A stretch of DNA of 64,000 nucleotides from an uncultured bacterium. Its GTDB lineage: Bacteria > Chlamydiota > Chlamydiia > Chlamydiales > FEN-1388. A model generated the notes under the pieces. The model was not told the origin of the DNA. It was given only the letters and a program-made list of their open reading frames with translations, and made no database searches. Shown here piece after piece: positions 1 through 9,123 of this stretch. The stretch is from NCBI GenBank assembly GCA_964514655.1, contig CAZEQY010000008.1, positions 2,631 to 66,630 on the forward strand, read 5' to 3'. Positions within the stretch are counted from its first letter, which is position 1; every line of letters begins with the position of its first letter. The translations under genes and the position numbers were made by a program.

Positions 1-1041
1 GAAGCGAAGATCTTCCGGAAGCCTATAGAGGTCGATGTCGACATACTCGTTGAGGTGATGGTAAAAGTCTTTATAGCTTGATGTATCTACAAGAATAGAA
101 TCTGCATTTTCAAAGAAAAGCGTTCTAAAAAGGAGAATATCTTTTGCCACCTTAACGGCGCGAGATTGGTCCATACCTAAACGTCGAAGCTGTTCCTGAA
201 AAAAGTCGCCGGGATTTGTTGCGGATACGAGACCGCGCGCTGATGCTTCGCGAAAGGCATCTTCTGATGAGCGATAGAGCGAAGCTACTGCTTCTTCTTT
301 TGTAATTTCATAACCTTTTGACTCTGCAAGCTTTGCACTGTTGATGATAAACTGTGCAGCAAGCTCTATAAACTGCCTTCCAAACCAGTCTTGAGCATTG
401 TGATAGCCAAAGAGGCTCAGGTCTTGGTACTGCAGATTTGGATCTTGCGGCAGCCACTTGTGAGAAGCTTCTTGATAACGCAAAAACTGTTTGAGGTATG
501 GTGAAGGAAAGCGACGCTCTGCTACATAAAGGTTTACGCGTGCTAAAAAGGCATCTTCACTTACGGCATTATCTGAGCTACGTAAGACATCGTAGTTACT
601 CTTAATATCTGGTGCATAGTAGCTCCATATCTGCTCTGACGTGAGAAATGGCGCTCTAGGATGCACATAGGTCTTATAGCGTTTTTCGCGCTCTAGACGA
701 GTTTTAAGGTCTTGTCCCAGTTCTGTGAGGTATGGAGTTGCAATAATCTGAGCAAGGCCACTTTCGAGAATATCATTAGCAAGCGCTCCATCGTTTAGAG
801 GATTACCTGAACCAAACATAAGATAGTCATGAGAATCAGCACTTAAAAAAGCAACCATGTCTTGCACGTCTGATGAGCGCACTTTTGTGCCGTCAAGAGC
901 CGTAAAGACCACTTTGTCATCTTGTTCCCTACCTGAAAAGGTCTGGAACGTGCCAAAAAATGAAAAGGAAATCACGATCACTACAGTGATAACGATAAAC
1001 AAACCGCGTTGATATCTACGAAAAAATTCTAGCATAGTCAT
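1..1041 (-). CDS. membrane-anchored PpiD/SurA-N-like periplasmic chaperone, partial (C-terminus beyond window start)
   Basis: The minus-strand frame is open from the ATG at 1041 (cat 1039-1041) to position 1. It is absent from the ORF track because the window edge truncates it. My translation starts MTMLEFFRRYQRGLFIVITVVIVISFSFFGTFQ..., a short N-terminus plus one TM helix followed by a soluble domain, as in PpiD-type chaperones. The call rests on architecture only. Confidence 0.4.
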   Translation of the reverse strand, partial: MTMLEFFRRYQRGLFIVITVVIVISFSFFGTFQTFSGREQDDKVVFTALDGTKVRSSDVQDMVAFLSADSHDYLMFGSGNPLNDGALANDILESGLAQIIATPYLTELGQDLKTRLEREKRYKTYVHPRAPFLTSEQIWSYYAPDIKSNYDVLRSSDNAVSEDAFLARVNLYVAERRFPSPYLKQFLRYQEASHKWLPQDPNLQYQDLSLFGYHNAQDWFGRQFIELAAQFIINSAKLAESKGYEITKEEAVASLYRSSEDAFREASARGLVSATNPGDFFQEQLRRLGMDQSRAVKVAKDILLFRTLFFENADSILVDTSSYKDFYHHLNEYVDIDLYRLPEDLRF

Positions 1042-1140
1042 TCATCCTCGTTTAAGAGGAGAAATCTTATCAATTTTTGTGGTTTAATCAAAGAAAATTC
1101 GATAGCAAAAAACCCGAGACCGAGACCGAATGTTTTGAGG

Positions 1141-1187
1141 GTAAAAAACAAAGGGCAGACAGCCACTTAGGCTGCCTGCCCTTTGTT
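1141..1187 (-). terminator. rho-independent terminator downstream of the collagen-like gene
   Basis: The minus strand reads AACAAAGGGCAGGCAGCC-TAAGT-GGCTGTCTGCCCTTTGTT (18-bp stem, one mismatch) followed directly by TTTTTTAC. It lies about 20 nt after the stop at 1209. Confidence 0.7.
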
Positions 1188-1208
1188 GTTATAAGGATTT
1201 ATTCTTCC

Positions 1209-3473
1209 TTAGCTTAGGCCAGTTGGACATGCTGGGCATGGTCCTGTTGCACCAGGTGTGCAGGAAGTTACTGTTCCAGCAGCCGTGTTTTCAAAACCAG
1301 GGCACGGTGTGAAGCAGTAATTTACAAGCGGACATGCTGTTGAATTCAGCGTTCCACCGTTGTTCACAAATGAACATCCTGTTACAGGATCAAATGTGAA
1401 GCAGGAACCCTCTGGGCCTGTAAAGTCACCACAGAAGAATGTGTTAAAGAATCCTGTCAGGAACAGGCTGTTACACTGAGGTCCGGATCCTTCAATACCA
1501 TTGTCGTAATCCCAAAGCTGTGTACCAGATACTGTTACACCGTTAAGGATTTCTGAGTATGATACAAATCCATAGTAATGAATATTTACAGTGCTGTCAA
1601 AGCGGGTTCTTTCAGCAACAACGAGGTCACTATTTTGTGCGTTGACAAAGCCATGGATACGTGACTTATACATGTAGAGCATTGCTATACCTGTAACGTT
1701 TACGTTTCCAAATACTTCACCGTTAAGGTGGAGTTCTGCTGGCAAGCATGTTGCGCCATTAAACTGAACCTGAGATGCAATGCATAGGTCGCAGTTGTTA
1801 AGAGCACATGATGGATCTTGTACAAGTGGGCTAAATTCAAGTTCAGTATTCATCTGTTCTTGATTTTTCTTGCGTATGCCAAGGAAGTCCCAAATGCCTT
1901 TTTTGACATTTTTCTTACCTTTGACTTTAAGATTAGCATTTTTCTTATTATGGGCTTTCGCCTTTTTGCCTTTTGCTTTTTTCGCATTGTTAGCGTGGTT
2001 GTACTTGTGATGGTGTCTTACTTTTCCAGCAACGCTGCTAGAAGAGCTTACATCACTTGGTAGATCACTTCTATCAAAGTGTGATGTGCCAGATGAATGG
2101 CTGTATCTTTCGTGACCTGAAGAGTCGCGATAGAGGCTATTATCTGAACGGCGCATTGTTCCGCTGTCTTTATTGAGGTGCAGCTTGACAGAGCTATCGC
2201 TTGCCCAGGTGCTGCCTGAATCTGTGCGCAAAATGCGGCTTCCTGAATGCTTTCTGTACGTGCTATCTCCACGATTCTTTTTCACATCGCTAGAGTATGA
2301 ACGCTTTGAGAATGAGCTGTTAGAAGCTTTATTTGTCGATGAATGCCATCTTGTCATATCGCCATCGCTATGGATGCGAACGCCACCACTTGCATGATGT
2401 CTATAATGAACACCATTTGTTGTTGTAGATGATGAAGATGATGTATGTGTAGATGCTGAGCAAGAATCATCGCCACAAGCATTTGCATTAACTACTACAT
2501 CGCCGCTGATGCGGAACTTGTTCGCATAGCTTTGATATGGAGTAATTGAATCTGCAATTGTGTTTAGTGTTGTGATTGTAAGTGTTGGGCGAACGCCGCT
2601 TGACACATCACATACTGTTGGTGACCATACGATGCTTACGCGTGAATCATCGCCTTCTGGCTGGCATGCGCATGAAGTAAAGTCGCCAAGGCTAACAGGA
2701 CCTAAACCGATAAGGTTTATTTTTGTAGCGCCTGCAATATTGATTGTTGACTGATCATCATCATCGCCAAGGTTATAGCAACCAGCAGCAATTAAAATGT
2801 TGACAGTACGGCAGTTCTTGCAGCTTGTGCAATCTGCAAATTTTGCTTTGTCTACAGCGCGTTGGATGGATGAATATGGAGCCGCGATAGAACCTGTTTG
2901 CTCGTGAGCTGGCACTAGTGTGCAACCATCTACATAGATGTCGCAGCTAAGAGGTTTTAGCTGAGCAAGACGGCCATCACGACCTGCAGGTCCTTGATCG
3001 CCCTTATCACCTTTACAGCCTTTCTGACCACGCTTACCGCGATGTCCGCGATCGCCTTTTTCGCCAGGTTCACCCTGTGGGCCTTGTGGACCTTGAGGAC
3101 CTTGTGGGCCTTGTGGACCTTGTGGGCCAATGTCGCCTCTTGGACCTTGTGGGCCTGTATCACCTTGAGGACCTTGTGGACCTTGAATTCCAGGAATACC
3201 TTGAACGCCCTGTGGACCCATTGGACCAGGCAAGCCTTCTTCGCCAGGTAAACCAGTGCTACCTGTATGACCAGTCGAGCCGTGCTTCCCTTTTTTTCCA
3301 CGATGGCCGCGAGGACCACGTTCGGTACTACTATTATGTCTTCTAGCTTTTTCGATAACATCGCTACCGTCTAACGAAAAGTCGGCAAAATTTAGATCTT
3401 TTGCTTCGACTGTACTTATACTAAACTGCATACATGCAGCCAGCACTCCCAGCGTACAGAACTTCTTTAACAT
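1209..3473 (-). CDS. secreted collagen-like protein (about 39 uninterrupted G-X-Y triplets, Ser/Arg/His-rich and Lys-rich low-complexity middle, Cys-rich C-terminal domain)
   Basis: ORF 1209..3572. The preferred start is the ATG at 3473 ([24 protein letters not shown], signal-peptide-like), preceded by GGAGGA (tcctcc 3479-3484). The collagen run is [16 protein letters not shown]...[53 protein letters not shown]. The C-terminus has many Cys ([14 protein letters not shown]...CPACPTG). Confidence 0.85.
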   Translation of the reverse strand: MLKKFCTLGVLAACMQFSISTVEAKDLNFADFSLDGSDVIEKARRHNSSTERGPRGHRGKKGKHGSTGHTGSTGLPGEEGLPGPMGPQGVQGIPGIQGPQGPQGDTGPQGPRGDIGPQGPQGPQGPQGPQGPQGEPGEKGDRGHRGKRGQKGCKGDKGDQGPAGRDGRLAQLKPLSCDIYVDGCTLVPAHEQTGSIAAPYSSIQRAVDKAKFADCTSCKNCRTVNILIAAGCYNLGDDDDQSTINIAGATKINLIGLGPVSLGDFTSCACQPEGDDSRVSIVWSPTVCDVSSGVRPTLTITTLNTIADSITPYQSYANKFRISGDVVVNANACGDDSCSASTHTSSSSSTTTNGVHYRHHASGGVRIHSDGDMTRWHSSTNKASNSSFSKRSYSSDVKKNRGDSTYRKHSGSRILRTDSGSTWASDSSVKLHLNKDSGTMRRSDNSLYRDSSGHERYSHSSGTSHFDRSDLPSDVSSSSSVAGKVRHHHKYNHANNAKKAKGKKAKAHNKKNANLKVKGKKNVKKGIWDFLGIRKKNQEQMNTELEFSPLVQDPSCALNNCDLCIASQVQFNGATCLPAELHLNGEVFGNVNVTGIAMLYMYKSRIHGFVNAQNSDLVVAERTRFDSTVNIHYYGFVSYSEILNGVTVSGTQLWDYDNGIEGSGPQCNSLFLTGFFNTFFCGDFTGPEGSCFTFDPVTGCSFVNNGGTLNSTACPLVNYCFTPCPGFENTAAGTVTSCTPGATGPCPACPTGLS
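2970..3317. repeat. 9-nt periodic tandem repeat encoding the G-X-Y collagen run
   Basis: Reiterated ggaccttgtgg/ggccttgtgg units are visible on the plus strand. They create long shadow ORFs in the other frames (2957..3361, 2994..3251, 3077..3346). Confidence 0.9.
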
Positions 3474-3590
3474 GTTTTCCTCCATTTTGATGAATAAATG
3501 CCTCCGCATCGGAAGCAAATATAAAATACTAATTGCATCCTTCACCGTAAGCTGCCAAAGAATATAGGTCAATAAAAAAAAGAAAAAAAA

Positions 3591-4262
3591 TTAGAAATTA
3601 AATCGCTCAATCATCGCTGCTTTAAGACTTTCGCGAAACCCCTCAACCTCATCTAAAAGAAGGCTGCCGGTATGTGCCTTAAAAAGAGGTAGAACTCGTT
3701 CTGGTTCAAGAAGTTTTTCAGAAATTTCATTCCAACAAGGTGGTGAAATAAAAAGTGAACATTGATGAATAAAGGCACGCTTAGTTTTGCGCTGGCTTGA
3801 GCCACCCACCTTTTTGCCATTGTACATGATGTCATATACTGTAGGATTTGCCATGCATAGCTCATCGATGCCATCAGAAACCTCTACATCGAGCAAGGTG
3901 CAACTCGCTTTTGGAAGTAGCGACTCTATTGCTAAAGCTACCTGGCTATTAATAGCATGATAACGCTCTAGTGCCGGTTTTTGCACAAGGGGATGTTCTA
4001 TAGGTAGGGCTATAGTAAAAGAAAGGTCTGTACCGTGAAAGATAAGTCCCCCACCACTTGGGCGCCTTGCGCTATTAGTTACAGGCTCTTTTAGCCATTT
4101 AGTAGGATCTATAAAGTAGCCATAGGTAATTGCACCCCGCGTAAACTCAAAAAAACGCAAAACGGCGCGCTCCACTCCTTCTAATAAAAGGGCGTCTTGC
4201 TCCATCTGAAAAGCGGCACTTTCTTTGCCGCTATCAACTAGCGTGTAAGGGTTGGATGCCAT
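3591..4262 (-). CDS. lipoate-protein ligase / octanoyltransferase family protein (BPL_LplA_LipB catalytic domain only)
   Basis: 223 aa with RRPSGGGLIFHGTDLSFTIALP (LplA-type GGG-x-x-H motif) and NGKKVGGSSQRKTKRAFIHQCSL (catalytic Lys motif K-x-x-G-S-A/S-Q). It is shorter than full-length LplA, so no C-terminal domain is present. Confidence 0.7.
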   Translation of the reverse strand: MASNPYTLVDSGKESAAFQMEQDALLLEGVERAVLRFFEFTRGAITYGYFIDPTKWLKEPVTNSARRPSGGGLIFHGTDLSFTIALPIEHPLVQKPALERYHAINSQVALAIESLLPKASCTLLDVEVSDGIDELCMANPTVYDIMYNGKKVGGSSQRKTKRAFIHQCSLFISPPCWNEISEKLLEPERVLPLFKAHTGSLLLDEVEGFRESLKAAMIERFNF

Positions 4263-4786
4263 CGTTCTATCAGCCTATCGCCAAAGACATAGCCGCGCTT
4301 TTTAAGCTCGTGCGTGTAGTGATCACTTGGCTGAAATACATAAAGAGCCTTATCTTCTGCCCAGCCAATAACAAAGTATTCCTTTGTAAGATCTAGTGGC
4401 AAAAGCGCAAGATCACAAACAGGATCTGCAAATACGGCGTGAGAAGAATTTTTATCTACACTCAAAAAAAGCACGGCAACAAGCCCGCGGATGCAAACCT
4501 CATTATAGAGGTTCTTTATAGTAACAGGGGGCCGTAAAAGCTGATCAAATCCAAATCTGAGTGGACGTCTATGTGTAAGCTCACTTGCAAGCTTTGCAAG
4601 GCGCGGAAGATGCGAAATAGCCTTTATACCCTCAACAGCATGTGACAGATCGCGTCGCACATTTGCGACTTCACTTATGCCCTCAACAAGCTTTTTATGC
4701 TCATCGGCAGAAAGTAATTCATCAAACTCTATGTAGTGCCTCTCATCAAAAAAGAAGTGCTGCTCGCGGCTAATACTATATTTCAC
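4238..4786 (-). CDS. conserved hypothetical protein (position equivalent to C. trachomatis CT296 next to rnc)
   Basis: 182-aa ORF divergent from rnc that overlaps the downstream lplA-like gene by 25 nt. I recognise no motif. The CT296 equivalence is a synteny inference from memory only. Confidence 0.45.
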   Translation of the reverse strand: MKYSISREQHFFFDERHYIEFDELLSADEHKKLVEGISEVANVRRDLSHAVEGIKAISHLPRLAKLASELTHRRPLRFGFDQLLRPPVTIKNLYNEVCIRGLVAVLFLSVDKNSSHAVFADPVCDLALLPLDLTKEYFVIGWAEDKALYVFQPSDHYTHELKKRGYVFGDRLIERWHPTLTR

Positions 4787-4832
4787 ATTTGCCTCTTGTG
4801 GGTAACAAAGAAGTATTGTACCCTTAATTCAT

Positions 4833-5546
4833 ATGAAGTTCCAAGAGCTTTTTTCACAAGTTCCTGCCATCCAAGAACGCCTGGCCTATACCTTTACTCA
4901 GCCAGAGCTACTTATACGCGCATTTATCCATAGCTCCTTCCTTAATGAACATAGAGATACCGTCTTTCTTGACAATGAAAGACTTGAATTTTTGGGCGAC
5001 TCCATATTAAACTTTCTTGTGGCAGAATATCTGTATAAAAACCTACCCGACGTTACTGAAGGCAAGCTTTCATCCCTTCGCGCCCACGCCGTATCAAGTA
5101 CAGCCTGCGCACGTTATTTTGATGAGCTACACCTGCAGGAATTTATGCTTGTAGGTCGCGGTGAAGTACTCCAGGCAGGACGCGGAGCAAGAAGCTCCAT
5201 CATTGCCGACATGTTTGAGGCGCTTCTTGGAGCCATCTATTTAGATGGCGGGCTTGATCAGGCTAGAAAATTTTTATTAACCCACTTTGAACACGACCTC
5301 AAAGATGTGTTGAATAGTCCCGAACAAAACTATAAAGCCCTTTTACAAGAATTTACTCAAAAAAGCTGGCAAAAAATTCCTTCATATAGAGTTATGCAAG
5401 AATCTGGCCCCGATCACGACCGCCAATTTTGTGTCGGCGTGTTTATTGAACATGAGTGTATTGGACAAGGTCTTGGCCACAATAAAAAAGAGGCAGAGCG
5501 CCTTGCTGCAAAGCAAGCTCTTGACACTTTGAGAGGCCTATCATGA
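4833..5546 (+). CDS. rnc: ribonuclease III
   Basis: 237 aa. Carries the RNase III signature NERLEFLGDSILNF and a C-terminal dsRBD (GPDHDRQFCVGVFI...GHNKKEAERLAAKQAL). Confidence 0.95.
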   Translation: MKFQELFSQVPAIQERLAYTFTQPELLIRAFIHSSFLNEHRDTVFLDNERLEFLGDSILNFLVAEYLYKNLPDVTEGKLSSLRAHAVSSTACARYFDELHLQEFMLVGRGEVLQAGRGARSSIIADMFEALLGAIYLDGGLDQARKFLLTHFEHDLKDVLNSPEQNYKALLQEFTQKSWQKIPSYRVMQESGPDHDRQFCVGVFIEHECIGQGLGHNKKEAERLAAKQALDTLRGLS

Positions 5547-6904
5547 AGGTAAAAAGCGCCTGGTACTGCTCTTCGTGTGGACACAAGCAACTACGCTGGG
5601 CAGGTCAGTGCCCAAGCTGCCATGAATGGAACACGCTGCAAGAAGAAGTAGAAACTCGCGAGCACTCAAGCCGAGTAGCACTTAGCCCAACAAAGCCAAA
5701 AGCAGGACCAATTGCCCTAAAGGATATTGTCGTAGGCAAAACTGCACGAACAACATCCGGCCTTCAGGAATTTGACCGCGCTATTGGTGGAGGCTTAGTA
5801 GCCGGCTCTTTAACCCTAATTGGAGGCGATCCTGGCATAGGAAAGTCTACGCTTAGCCTGCAGATTGCAGCAAGCTTTGCAACTCAGGGCTCACTTGTAC
5901 TCTATGTCTGCGGTGAAGAATCTCTTGAACAGACATCACTACGCGCAAAGCGCCTTGGCATTACGCAAGAAAACATCCTCTTTTTAAACGAAACAGATAC
6001 AAGCGTCATCACACGCGCTATAGACGAAGTACAGCCATCGCTCGTCATCATCGACTCCATCCAGATAATGTACAAGCCGGAAATTCCATCAGCTCCGGGA
6101 ACAGTCTCACAGGTGCGTGAATGTGCATCGCTCTTTATGCAAATAGCCAAAAGCCGCGAAGTGAGTACTATTTTGATTGGCCATGTGACAAAATCCGGCG
6201 ACATTGCAGGACCGCGCGTTTTAGAACACCTTGTGGACACAGTTCTGTATTTTGAAGGAGATAAAGAGCAGCAATTTCGCATGCTGCGCCTTTTTAAAAA
6301 CCGCTTTGGGCCAACTGATGAAATTGCTGTCTTTCAGATGACAGCAAGTGGCCTTCACGAAGTAAAAAACCCCTCCATGCTGCTGCTAGAAGAGCGCATG
6401 CGCGGAGCTTCCGGCTCTTCTATAATACCGACCGTAGAAGGATCTAGGCCCTTTTTAGTAGAAGTGCAGGCATTAGTTACAGACTCTTATTACCAGCAGC
6501 CATCTCGAAGGGCAACAGGCATCGACACAAATCGCCTCGCCCTACTTATAGCCGTGCTTGAAAAGCGCGCGCGCTTTAAGCTGCATGGATCAGATATTTT
6601 TGTGTCGGTAACAGGCGGCATTCGTGTAAATGAACCTGCAATTGATCTTGGCGTTTTACTTTCCATGGCATCATCTTTTTCTAACCGCTCACTCGACCCT
6701 GACACACTTGTGATCGGCGAAGTAGGCCTTGGAGGCGAAGTGCGCGGCGTAAGCCGCATCGATGCCAGGATAAAAGAGGGCATGCAGATGGGCTTTACGC
6801 GCTGCATCTTGCCAAAACGAAATATGACAACAACACTTCCTAGCGGCATGAAGCTTGCCCCTGTAAGCTGGATTGATGAGGCTATCGATGAACTTATGCG
6901 TTAA
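5543..6904 (+). CDS. radA: DNA repair protein RadA/Sms
   Basis: 453 aa. N-terminal Zn finger CSSCGHKQLRWAGQCPSCHEWNT, Walker A GGDPGIGKSTL, the KNRFG motif (LFKNRFGPTDE) and a Lon-like C-terminal domain. The 4-nt ATGA overlap with rnc suggests translational coupling. Confidence 0.95.
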   Translation: MKVKSAWYCSSCGHKQLRWAGQCPSCHEWNTLQEEVETREHSSRVALSPTKPKAGPIALKDIVVGKTARTTSGLQEFDRAIGGGLVAGSLTLIGGDPGIGKSTLSLQIAASFATQGSLVLYVCGEESLEQTSLRAKRLGITQENILFLNETDTSVITRAIDEVQPSLVIIDSIQIMYKPEIPSAPGTVSQVRECASLFMQIAKSREVSTILIGHVTKSGDIAGPRVLEHLVDTVLYFEGDKEQQFRMLRLFKNRFGPTDEIAVFQMTASGLHEVKNPSMLLLEERMRGASGSSIIPTVEGSRPFLVEVQALVTDSYYQQPSRRATGIDTNRLALLIAVLEKRARFKLHGSDIFVSVTGGIRVNEPAIDLGVLLSMASSFSNRSLDPDTLVIGEVGLGGEVRGVSRIDARIKEGMQMGFTRCILPKRNMTTTLPSGMKLAPVSWIDEAIDELMR

Positions 6905-7526
6905 AGTAGGTGCAAGAGGCTCAAACCTCTCCAAAATACAGGTGTCAGAAGTTCTTAAAGAACTTAATGCCTTTTATCCTGATGTTACGTTTGATCCGGA
7001 ATGGATAAAAACATCGGGCGATCGCGACCTAAAAACCTCCTTACGCTATATGGAAAGCAGTGATTTCTTCACAAAAGAAATAGATGAGCTTTTACTTACT
7101 CACAAAGTACGTTTGGGTATACATTCTGCAAAAGACCTTCCAAACCCACTTCCGGAAGGCCTAAGTCGAATATGCCTTACAAAGGGATTAGACCCCTCAG
7201 ACTCGCTTGTAATGGCAAAAAACTTTACGGGAAAAGGCAAAATTGCAACGTCAAGTCTACGGCGCGAAGAGATCGTAAAATCGCTTTATCCACATGCCGA
7301 GATTGTAGATATCCGTGGCACAATAGAACAGCGCCTTGCCTATATTGAGCGCGGTGAAATTGAAGGCCTTGTCGTTGCCGAATGCGCACTTATTCGCCTG
7401 GGACTTACTTCATGGCATAGAATGCGCCTTCCGGGGGAAGTTGCACGCCATCAAGGCCAGCTTGCTGTTATTGCAAGAAGTGATGATGCTGAGATGAAAC
7501 AGCTTTTTGCCTGCATAGACTCATGA
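6888..7526 (+). CDS. hemC: porphobilinogen deaminase, short form lacking C-terminal domain 3
   Basis: ORF 6873..7526. The ATG at 6888 has GAGG 6 nt upstream. VKVGARGSNLSKIQ, GIHSAKDLP, ATSSLRREEI and RGTIEQRL align with E. coli HemC residues ~5-218. The protein ends at ...[24 protein letters not shown]. Confidence 0.85.
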   Translation: MNLCVKVGARGSNLSKIQVSEVLKELNAFYPDVTFDPEWIKTSGDRDLKTSLRYMESSDFFTKEIDELLLTHKVRLGIHSAKDLPNPLPEGLSRICLTKGLDPSDSLVMAKNFTGKGKIATSSLRREEIVKSLYPHAEIVDIRGTIEQRLAYIERGEIEGLVVAECALIRLGLTSWHRMRLPGEVARHQGQLAVIARSDDAEMKQLFACIDS

Positions 7527-8116
7527 AAAAAACACTCTATGTAGGACTATCTGCCCCAAAAGGCTCTATCCACCTGCCTCTTATTCAGACTCTACCCCGA
7601 AACGACTGCACCTTTGAAGATCTAGAAAAAGCATCACACATCATTGTAACAAGTAAAACTACATGCCACTACGCCAAAGAGCATTTTCAAGGCTGCCAAA
7701 AGCCATTTATTTCGGTGGGTGCATCAACGACTAATGCCCTACAGCAGCTTGGAGCAAAAACCATCTTAACAGCTAAAGATGAATGCCAAGAGGGCATTAT
7801 CGAACTTATAAAAGACTTAGACCTCAAAAGCCCCTTCTTTTTTTGGCCGCACTCAAACCTGTCGCGCCCCATCCTAAAAACCTATTTTGAAACCCAAAAC
7901 ATACGCTACAGCGACTGCATCCTCTATGACACTTTGTATCAACCACCTCGTGAACCAATTGATTTTCACTCCATCGACGAAATCCACTTTTCAAGCCCCT
8001 CCTGTGTAGACGCCTTTTTCCATTTCTTTGGCCCCCCTCTCCAACACATTACCCTCCGTTGCAAAGGCCGCATCACCGAAAATCACCTCCAAATTCGTCT
8101 TGAATGTTTCACGTAA
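7523..8116 (+). CDS. hemD: uroporphyrinogen-III synthase-like protein
   Basis: 197 aa with a 4-nt ATGA overlap with hemC. HEM4-like pattern: [60 protein letters not shown]. The match is weak and the call leans partly on position. Confidence 0.55.
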   Translation: MKKTLYVGLSAPKGSIHLPLIQTLPRNDCTFEDLEKASHIIVTSKTTCHYAKEHFQGCQKPFISVGASTTNALQQLGAKTILTAKDECQEGIIELIKDLDLKSPFFFWPHSNLSRPILKTYFETQNIRYSDCILYDTLYQPPREPIDFHSIDEIHFSSPSCVDAFFHFFGPPLQHITLRCKGRITENHLQIRLECFT

Positions 8117-8156
8117 TAGATCTACTATCAGAGGCACGAATAAGGAGATAATTGTT

Positions 8157-8768
8157 ATGGTACTACAAGAAAAATTGCCGGCGTTGCCCTATGAATTTGC
8201 TGATCTTGAGCCCTTTATTGCGAGCGAGATCATGATGCTGCACTACACAAAGCACCATCAAGCCTATGTAAATAACCTCAATAAAGCACTTGAACAGTAT
8301 GCAGAAGCAGAAGCTAAAAATGATGTCGCTCAGATGATTGCCTTGCAGGCTGCTATTAAATTCAATGGTGGTGGCCATGTTAACCACTCTATCTTCTGGA
8401 CAAACCTTGCTCCACAAAAAAGTGGTGGCGGCACGCTCGCTAAGGGCCCTTTAGAAGATGCTATCAACAAAGAGTTTGGCTCTAGCGCTACTTTTATCGA
8501 GCAGATAAGCCAAAAGGCAGTAGCTATACAAGGTTCTGGCTGGGCATGGCTTGGCTACAATAAGGCAAAGAATAGACTTGAAATTGCCACCTGCGACAAT
8601 CAAGATCCATTAAGCACAAAAGGGCTTATTCCCCTGCTTGGTATTGACGTATGGGAACACGCCTACTATATCCAGTACAAAAACGTCCGCGCCGACTACG
8701 TAAAGGCTATATGGAACGTCATAAACTGGAAAAATGTTGAAGAACGCCTCTTAGCCGCTCAAAAATAA
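8157..8768 (+). CDS. sodA: Fe/Mn superoxide dismutase
   Basis: The ATG at 8157 is preceded by AAGGAGA (8142-8148). [36 protein letters not shown] and [18 protein letters not shown] are the canonical Mn/Fe-SOD signatures. The upstream 43 codons of ORF 8028.. are treated as non-coding. Confidence 0.93.
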   Translation: MVLQEKLPALPYEFADLEPFIASEIMMLHYTKHHQAYVNNLNKALEQYAEAEAKNDVAQMIALQAAIKFNGGGHVNHSIFWTNLAPQKSGGGTLAKGPLEDAINKEFGSSATFIEQISQKAVAIQGSGWAWLGYNKAKNRLEIATCDNQDPLSTKGLIPLLGIDVWEHAYYIQYKNVRADYVKAIWNVINWKNVEERLLAAQK

Positions 8769-8773
8769 ACAAT

Positions 8774-8822
8774 GCAACCGCGAAGAGGTCTTCGCGGTTG
8801 CATCTGGCACTGCTTTTTTTGG
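8774..8822 (+). terminator. hairpin terminator after sodA
   Basis: GCAACCGCGAAG-aggt-CTTCGCGGTTGC (12-bp perfect stem, 8774-8801), then a T7 run at 8814-8820. The T-run is 12 nt from the stem, so it is not a textbook intrinsic terminator. Confidence 0.5.
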
Positions 8823-8910
8823 TTGAATAAAATATTGAATTTATAGATAGAAGGGTTAAGCCCCATATGTGGGCCTAAACAACCAAAAAAATAAATTTAA
8901 AGGAAAGTAT

Positions 8911-9063
8911 ATGCCAAGCTTCAACAATCCAAACCGTAACCCAAACCAAGAACAGAACCCAAATCAGAACCAACCACAAAATCCAAACCAAAAGCAAAAT
9001 CCAAGCCAAAAGCCATCTCAAAATCCAGCTAAGCCTGGACAACAAAAGCAAAAAAATTGGTAA
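8911..9063 (+). CDS. small Asn/Gln/Pro-rich low-complexity protein (50 aa)
   Basis: ATG at 8911 with AAAGGAAAG upstream. Product: MPSFNNPNRNPNQEQNPNQNQPQNPNQKQNPSQKPSQNPAKPGQQKQKNW. A strong bidirectional hairpin follows. Coding status is uncertain because of the compositional bias. Confidence 0.4.
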   Translation: MPSFNNPNRNPNQEQNPNQNQPQNPNQKQNPSQKPSQNPAKPGQQKQKNW

Positions 9064-9087
9064 TTAATTACTAATTGATGCAAAGAA

Positions 9088-9114
9088 GGCCGGAATCTAT
9101 ATAAGATTCCGGCC
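9088..9114. terminator. bidirectional hairpin terminator between convergent genes
   Basis: GGCCGGAATCT-atata-AGATTCCGGCC (11-bp perfect stem), flanked by A-rich sequence on one side and T-rich on the other. It sits between the stops at 9063 (+) and 9124 (-). Confidence 0.6.
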
Positions 9115-9123
9115 CTCTTTATT

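Noticed and set aside
2957-3361. Long ORFs in alternative frames and on the opposite strand over the collagen repeat (2957..3361 -, 2994..3251 +, 3077..3346 +), plus others inside the same gene (1818..2063, 2048..2272, 2173..2397, 2560..2754).
   Set aside because: They are shadow ORFs created by the 9-nt periodic, stop-poor repeat. Their products are monotonous (KVHKAH..., LWTL...) and they lie wholly inside a much better gene.
5902-6934. Antisense ORFs within radA (5902..6282, 6490..6849, 6689..6934). Similar antisense ORFs occur within clpC, alaS, mfd, tkt and hemY.
   Set aside because: All lie entirely inside strongly supported conserved genes on the opposite strand or in another frame. 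Arg/Ser-rich compositions are typical of antisense frames.
7286-7294. Exact DnaA-box 9-mers TTATCCACA at 7286-7294 (in hemC) and 33403-33411 (in mfd), considered as a replication origin signal.
   Set aside because: They are two isolated boxes 26 kb apart, both inside coding regions, with no AT-rich unwinding element or box cluster. This is compatible with chance.
8028-8156. 43-codon extension upstream of sodA overlapping hemD.
   Set aside because: AAGGAGA plus the ATG at 8157 gives the canonical SOD N-terminus. The extension is simply the hemD 3' region read in another frame.
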